The notes beneath the pieces are model-generated. The model saw only the letters and a list, made by a program, of their open reading frames with translations, did no database searches and was not told the origin of the DNA. Made by a program: the position numbers and the translations under genes. From Felis catus (Eukaryota), in NCBI RefSeq assembly GCF_018350175.1, contig NC_058383.1, forward strand, positions 23,314,001 through 23,378,000: a stretch of 64,000 bases of DNA. Direction: 5' to 3'. Positions 60,691 through 64,000 of the stretch are shown here, piece by piece (the first letter of the stretch is position 1; each line of letters starts with the position of its first letter).

Positions 60691-61011
60691 GCAGCCCAGA
60701 TATGAGCCACTCACTTCACTGCTTAGCTGCTGTCTTCTTGCACCTGGAGGGCAAAGGTGGGAAGATTCCCCCTTCCCTCCTGCGTCCATCCCTGCAGGCG
60801 CTTGCACACACGCGCACATGCACCGCTAACCTCTCTGAGGGCCTGTGACATTCCGGTACCCTGGCCCTAAAAGGCCAGTAGGGTCTGAAGAATATGACTT
60901 TGAGGGGGCATTTGGGAGCATGCTGCCTGTTGACCTTGCGTTCAGTTACGGTACCTGATTCATCTCTAAAGTCAGACAGGTTTGGGTCCAAATGCCACTT
61001 GGATGACCTTG

Positions 61012-61153
61012 AGCTTGATTACCAAAAGAAAACATAGAACACACAGCTAACTACGAATTTTTGATAAACAATGAATAATTGTTTTTACAGTAAGAATGGG
61101 ACATGCTCGTCTGAAATTTACATTTAACTGGGCTTCCTACATTCTAGTAACAC
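61012..61153. mobile_element. MER53-like palindromic MITE inserted in a MIR
   Basis: 'gataaacaatgaataattgtttt...gggacatgct...ctgaaatttacatttaactgggc'; MIR sequence flanks both sides. Confidence 0.75.
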
Positions 61154-61834
61154 TTTCCCGGGCAGAGGACTGATCTTCTCTAAGCCTTAGTTTCTCCATC
61201 TGTAAAATCTCAGGATTTTAGGAGACTCATGCAAGGCAAAAGGCCTGTAAAGTGTTTAACACGATGACGAGAATACTGCTACTGCTCAGTAAAGGTTACT
61301 GCTCAGTAAATGTTATCCGCTATGTCATTCTTACTCTACATGTTAAATAACCCAATCTGCAGTCTATTGTGGTCATTTGTGCACATCGTCACCTCGGGAT
61401 TCACTAGAGGACTGGTCCATCCTAATCTTTGTGTCCCTTAATGCCTAGAAAGTTTCTGGAAAGAGGAGATGCTAGGAATATACGCTAAATGACAATTTAA
61501 CAGTGCAAAAAATCACGAGCCAGAGAGTGAAAAATAATAAATGATCCTGGGAATATTTATCCAAAAAAGCAGGATTCCCAGCTTTGAAAAAGAAAGAGCA
61601 AGGTTGCCTGTGGACAATTACGTATAGTGGCCCAGGAGAGATAAGGACACCCAAGCTAGCCCACCGTGGTTCAAATGCTGACCCCCCTCTTCTCTGTGGC
61701 TCCCAGTTCTCTCATTTTGCAAAACAGAAGCAATAATAGTACTGCCTCCAAAGGTTCGTGCACGGTCGTACTTGTCAAATACTTACTGCAGCACCAGGCA
61801 CGTAGAACTTGGTGTGTAATTAGTAGCTACTGTT

Positions 61835-62081
61835 GGGGCGCCTCGGGGGCCCAGTCCTTTAAGCGCCCGACTTCAGCTCAGGTCATGATCTTGCGGTTCG
61901 TGAATTAGAGTCCTGCGTTGGGTTCCGTGCTGACAGCTCAGAGCCCGGAGCCCGCTTCAGATACTGCCCCTCTCTCTCTGCCCCTCCCCCACTCGCGCTC
62001 TGTCTTGTCTGTCTGTCTGTCTCTCTCTCAAAAATAAACAATTTTTAAAAACTTTTTTTTTTCTAAGTTAAAAAAAAAAAA
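61835..62081 (+). mobile_element. SINEC_Fc
   Basis: Perfect TSD agtagctactgtt. Confidence 0.97.
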
Positions 62082-63291
62082 GAGTAGCTACTGTTTATGC
62101 CAGCCCTCGCTCTAGGAACATTGACAGGAGAGCAGGGAGCACAGGACGCAGAGGGTCCAGTGGAAGATGCGGAAGACACAGGGACCTCTGGCCCACAACT
62201 TGCAGGCCAGGGCAGGGATGCCCACCTGTGCCCTCAGAGGAAAACAGACTCTCTCAAGGAGACTTAGATAAGGAAAACAGTCTGCAGAGAGGCAGGCCAT
62301 CACACCAGCATCTGACACCCTTGTTTAGCATCTATCTCCTCCTACCGGAATATAATCAGTGAGGGCAGGAATGCTTACATTTTTTTGTTTACTGGAATAT
62401 CCTCGAACACCTAGCACAGAGTGGGTGTATCAGTCAGTTGTCCGGGAATGGCAGTGAAGAAGAGAAGTTAAGGGAGATTTCGTATTTTAATTTTCCTTCC
62501 TTTCTTCCCTTCTCCCTGCCCCCATCCCTCCCTCCCTTCCTTCTTTCCTTCCTTCGAGTGTGAGATGCTCACACGTTCAAGGCTAGAGGGAAAGGGCTAA
62601 GGAAGGAGAAGGGACAGAAAATAATGAGGAGACACATCCTACAGATGAGGCAGGAAGGAATGGAGCCCTCTCACCTCTTGGCTAAGCTCGTTCACCCAAC
62701 AAACACCTCTTGTACGTCAACTGTGATGTCAGGACTTGCCGTCCACTCGCACCCACCTCCCTCTGTAGTGGGGAGTGGAAAACAGTACTCAGGCGCTGAA
62801 AGAATGAAGTTGACCTCCCTGTTGTGACTGAGAAAGGCCTCCAACATATGCCAAGTTGGGAGAATGCCGAGTAGCACATTCTTGCTTTCGCGCACGCACA
62901 CGTGTGTGTATGTGGGTGTTTATGTCACATAGAACATTCCGACAAGGAAGGAAAAGAAACTGCTCAGAGTGGTTGCTCCTTAGGGAGAGAAATGGGGAAG
63001 ATGGAGGTTTCTGGAACAAGACAGAGCTAACTCTGCATTGTCTACCATTTTGTTTTATCAACTATTTGGCCACATACGCTAACTACTGTTTGCAAAAGGA
63101 ACTTGTGATTCCATCCTTCAGCCATAACCACTGTTAACATTGTGGTGGATATTCTACTATTTTTTCCAAAGTACATAAACTTTTTTTATTCCCCACTAAA
63201 TACTAATGTTTTGTATCCCAGTTTTTGTTTTTTTTTCCAATATTTCACCATATGTTGGGGGCAGTTCCTCACATTATTAAAATAGACTTCT

Positions 63292-63544
63292 GGGGCGCCT
63301 GGGTGGCGCAGTCGGTTAAGCGTCCGACTTCAGCCAGGTCACGATCTCATGGTCCGTGAGTTCGAGCCCCGCATCAGGCTCTGGGCTGATGGCTCGGAGC
63401 CTGGAGCCTGCTTCTGATTCTGTGTCTCCCTCTCTCTCTGCCCCTCCCCCATTCATGCTCTGTCTCTCTCTGTCCCAAAAATAAATAAAAAACGTTGAAA
63501 AAAAAATTTTTTTTAAAAATAAATAAAAAATAAAAAAAATAAAT
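63292..63544 (+). mobile_element. Young-type SINEC_Fc with long tail
   Basis: Diagnostic ggcgcagtc / cagccaggtcacg / gggctgatggctcgg; perfect TSD taaaatagacttct. Confidence 0.97.
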
Positions 63545-63674
63545 AAAATAGACTTCTGATTATAATGGCCATGGTAGAGCTATCTCCTACTGCATTTAAT
63601 CAGACCCTTCTTGTTAGACATTGAGTTATTCTGAGTTTTCTAACCATTATAAATGATGCTGTAATAAACATCTT

Positions 63675-63902
63675 TTTTTTTTTTACGTTTATTTATTTTT
63701 GAGAGAGAGAGAGAGAGAGAGCACGCGCAAGCATGAGCAAGGTAGGGGCAGAGAGAGAGGGAGACACAGAATCTGAAGCGGGCTCCATCCAGGCTCCAAG
63801 CTGTCAGCACAGAGCCCAACGTGGGACTCAAACTCACAAACTGTGAGATCATGACCTGAGCCGAAGTCGGACGCTTAACCTACTGAGCCACCCAGGTGCC
63901 CC
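63675..63902 (-). mobile_element. SINEC_Fc
   Basis: Antisense body; perfect TSD gtaataaacatctt. Confidence 0.97.
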
Positions 63903-64000
63903 GTAATAAACATCTTGTATATCCATGTCAGATTACTTAATGAAAATTCTTTGATATGAAATTGCTGAAAGGCTAGATGTGTCTATTTTAATCTATATAA

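Noticed and set aside
61280..61313. 17-bp tandem duplication tactgctcagtaaa(g/t)gt, and a similar one near 2946-2977
   Set aside because: Ordinary local slippage duplications inside MIR and L1 relics.

Overview
Mammalian genomic DNA, almost certainly felid: it carries about 22 tRNA-derived CAN-SINEs, mostly of the cat SINEC_Fc type. The window is repeat-rich and looks intergenic or intronic, and I recognise no protein-coding gene. Most entries in the ORF track derive from SINEs, L1 or simple repeats. The largest feature is a near full-length but decayed L1 (11924-19550) that inserted into the A-tail of a SINE and later took up four more SINEs. Also present: a 5'-truncated L1, old L1M/L2/MIR/CR1 fragments, MER5/MER20/MER53/MER91/Tigger2 DNA-transposon relics, MaLR and LTR41 solo LTRs and a 34-bp GC-rich minisatellite. 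Most interesting observations: (1) a 27-nt tailless U6 snRNA retrocopy with a perfect 17-bp target-site duplication (TSD); (2) a decayed Gypsy-type gag/zinc-knuckle/protease relic overlapped by consensus splice sites; (3) a candidate minus-strand TATA/Inr promoter and first exon near 3.7-3.85 kb; (4) a hairpin-loop micro-inversion inside a SINE; (5) a 60-bp spacerless (TG)n/(CA)n palindrome; (6) homeodomain-motif-dense candidate enhancers. Repeat family names come from recalled consensus sequences, not a database search, and boundaries of old repeats are approximate. I cannot support a claim of a new multi-gene biological system here.
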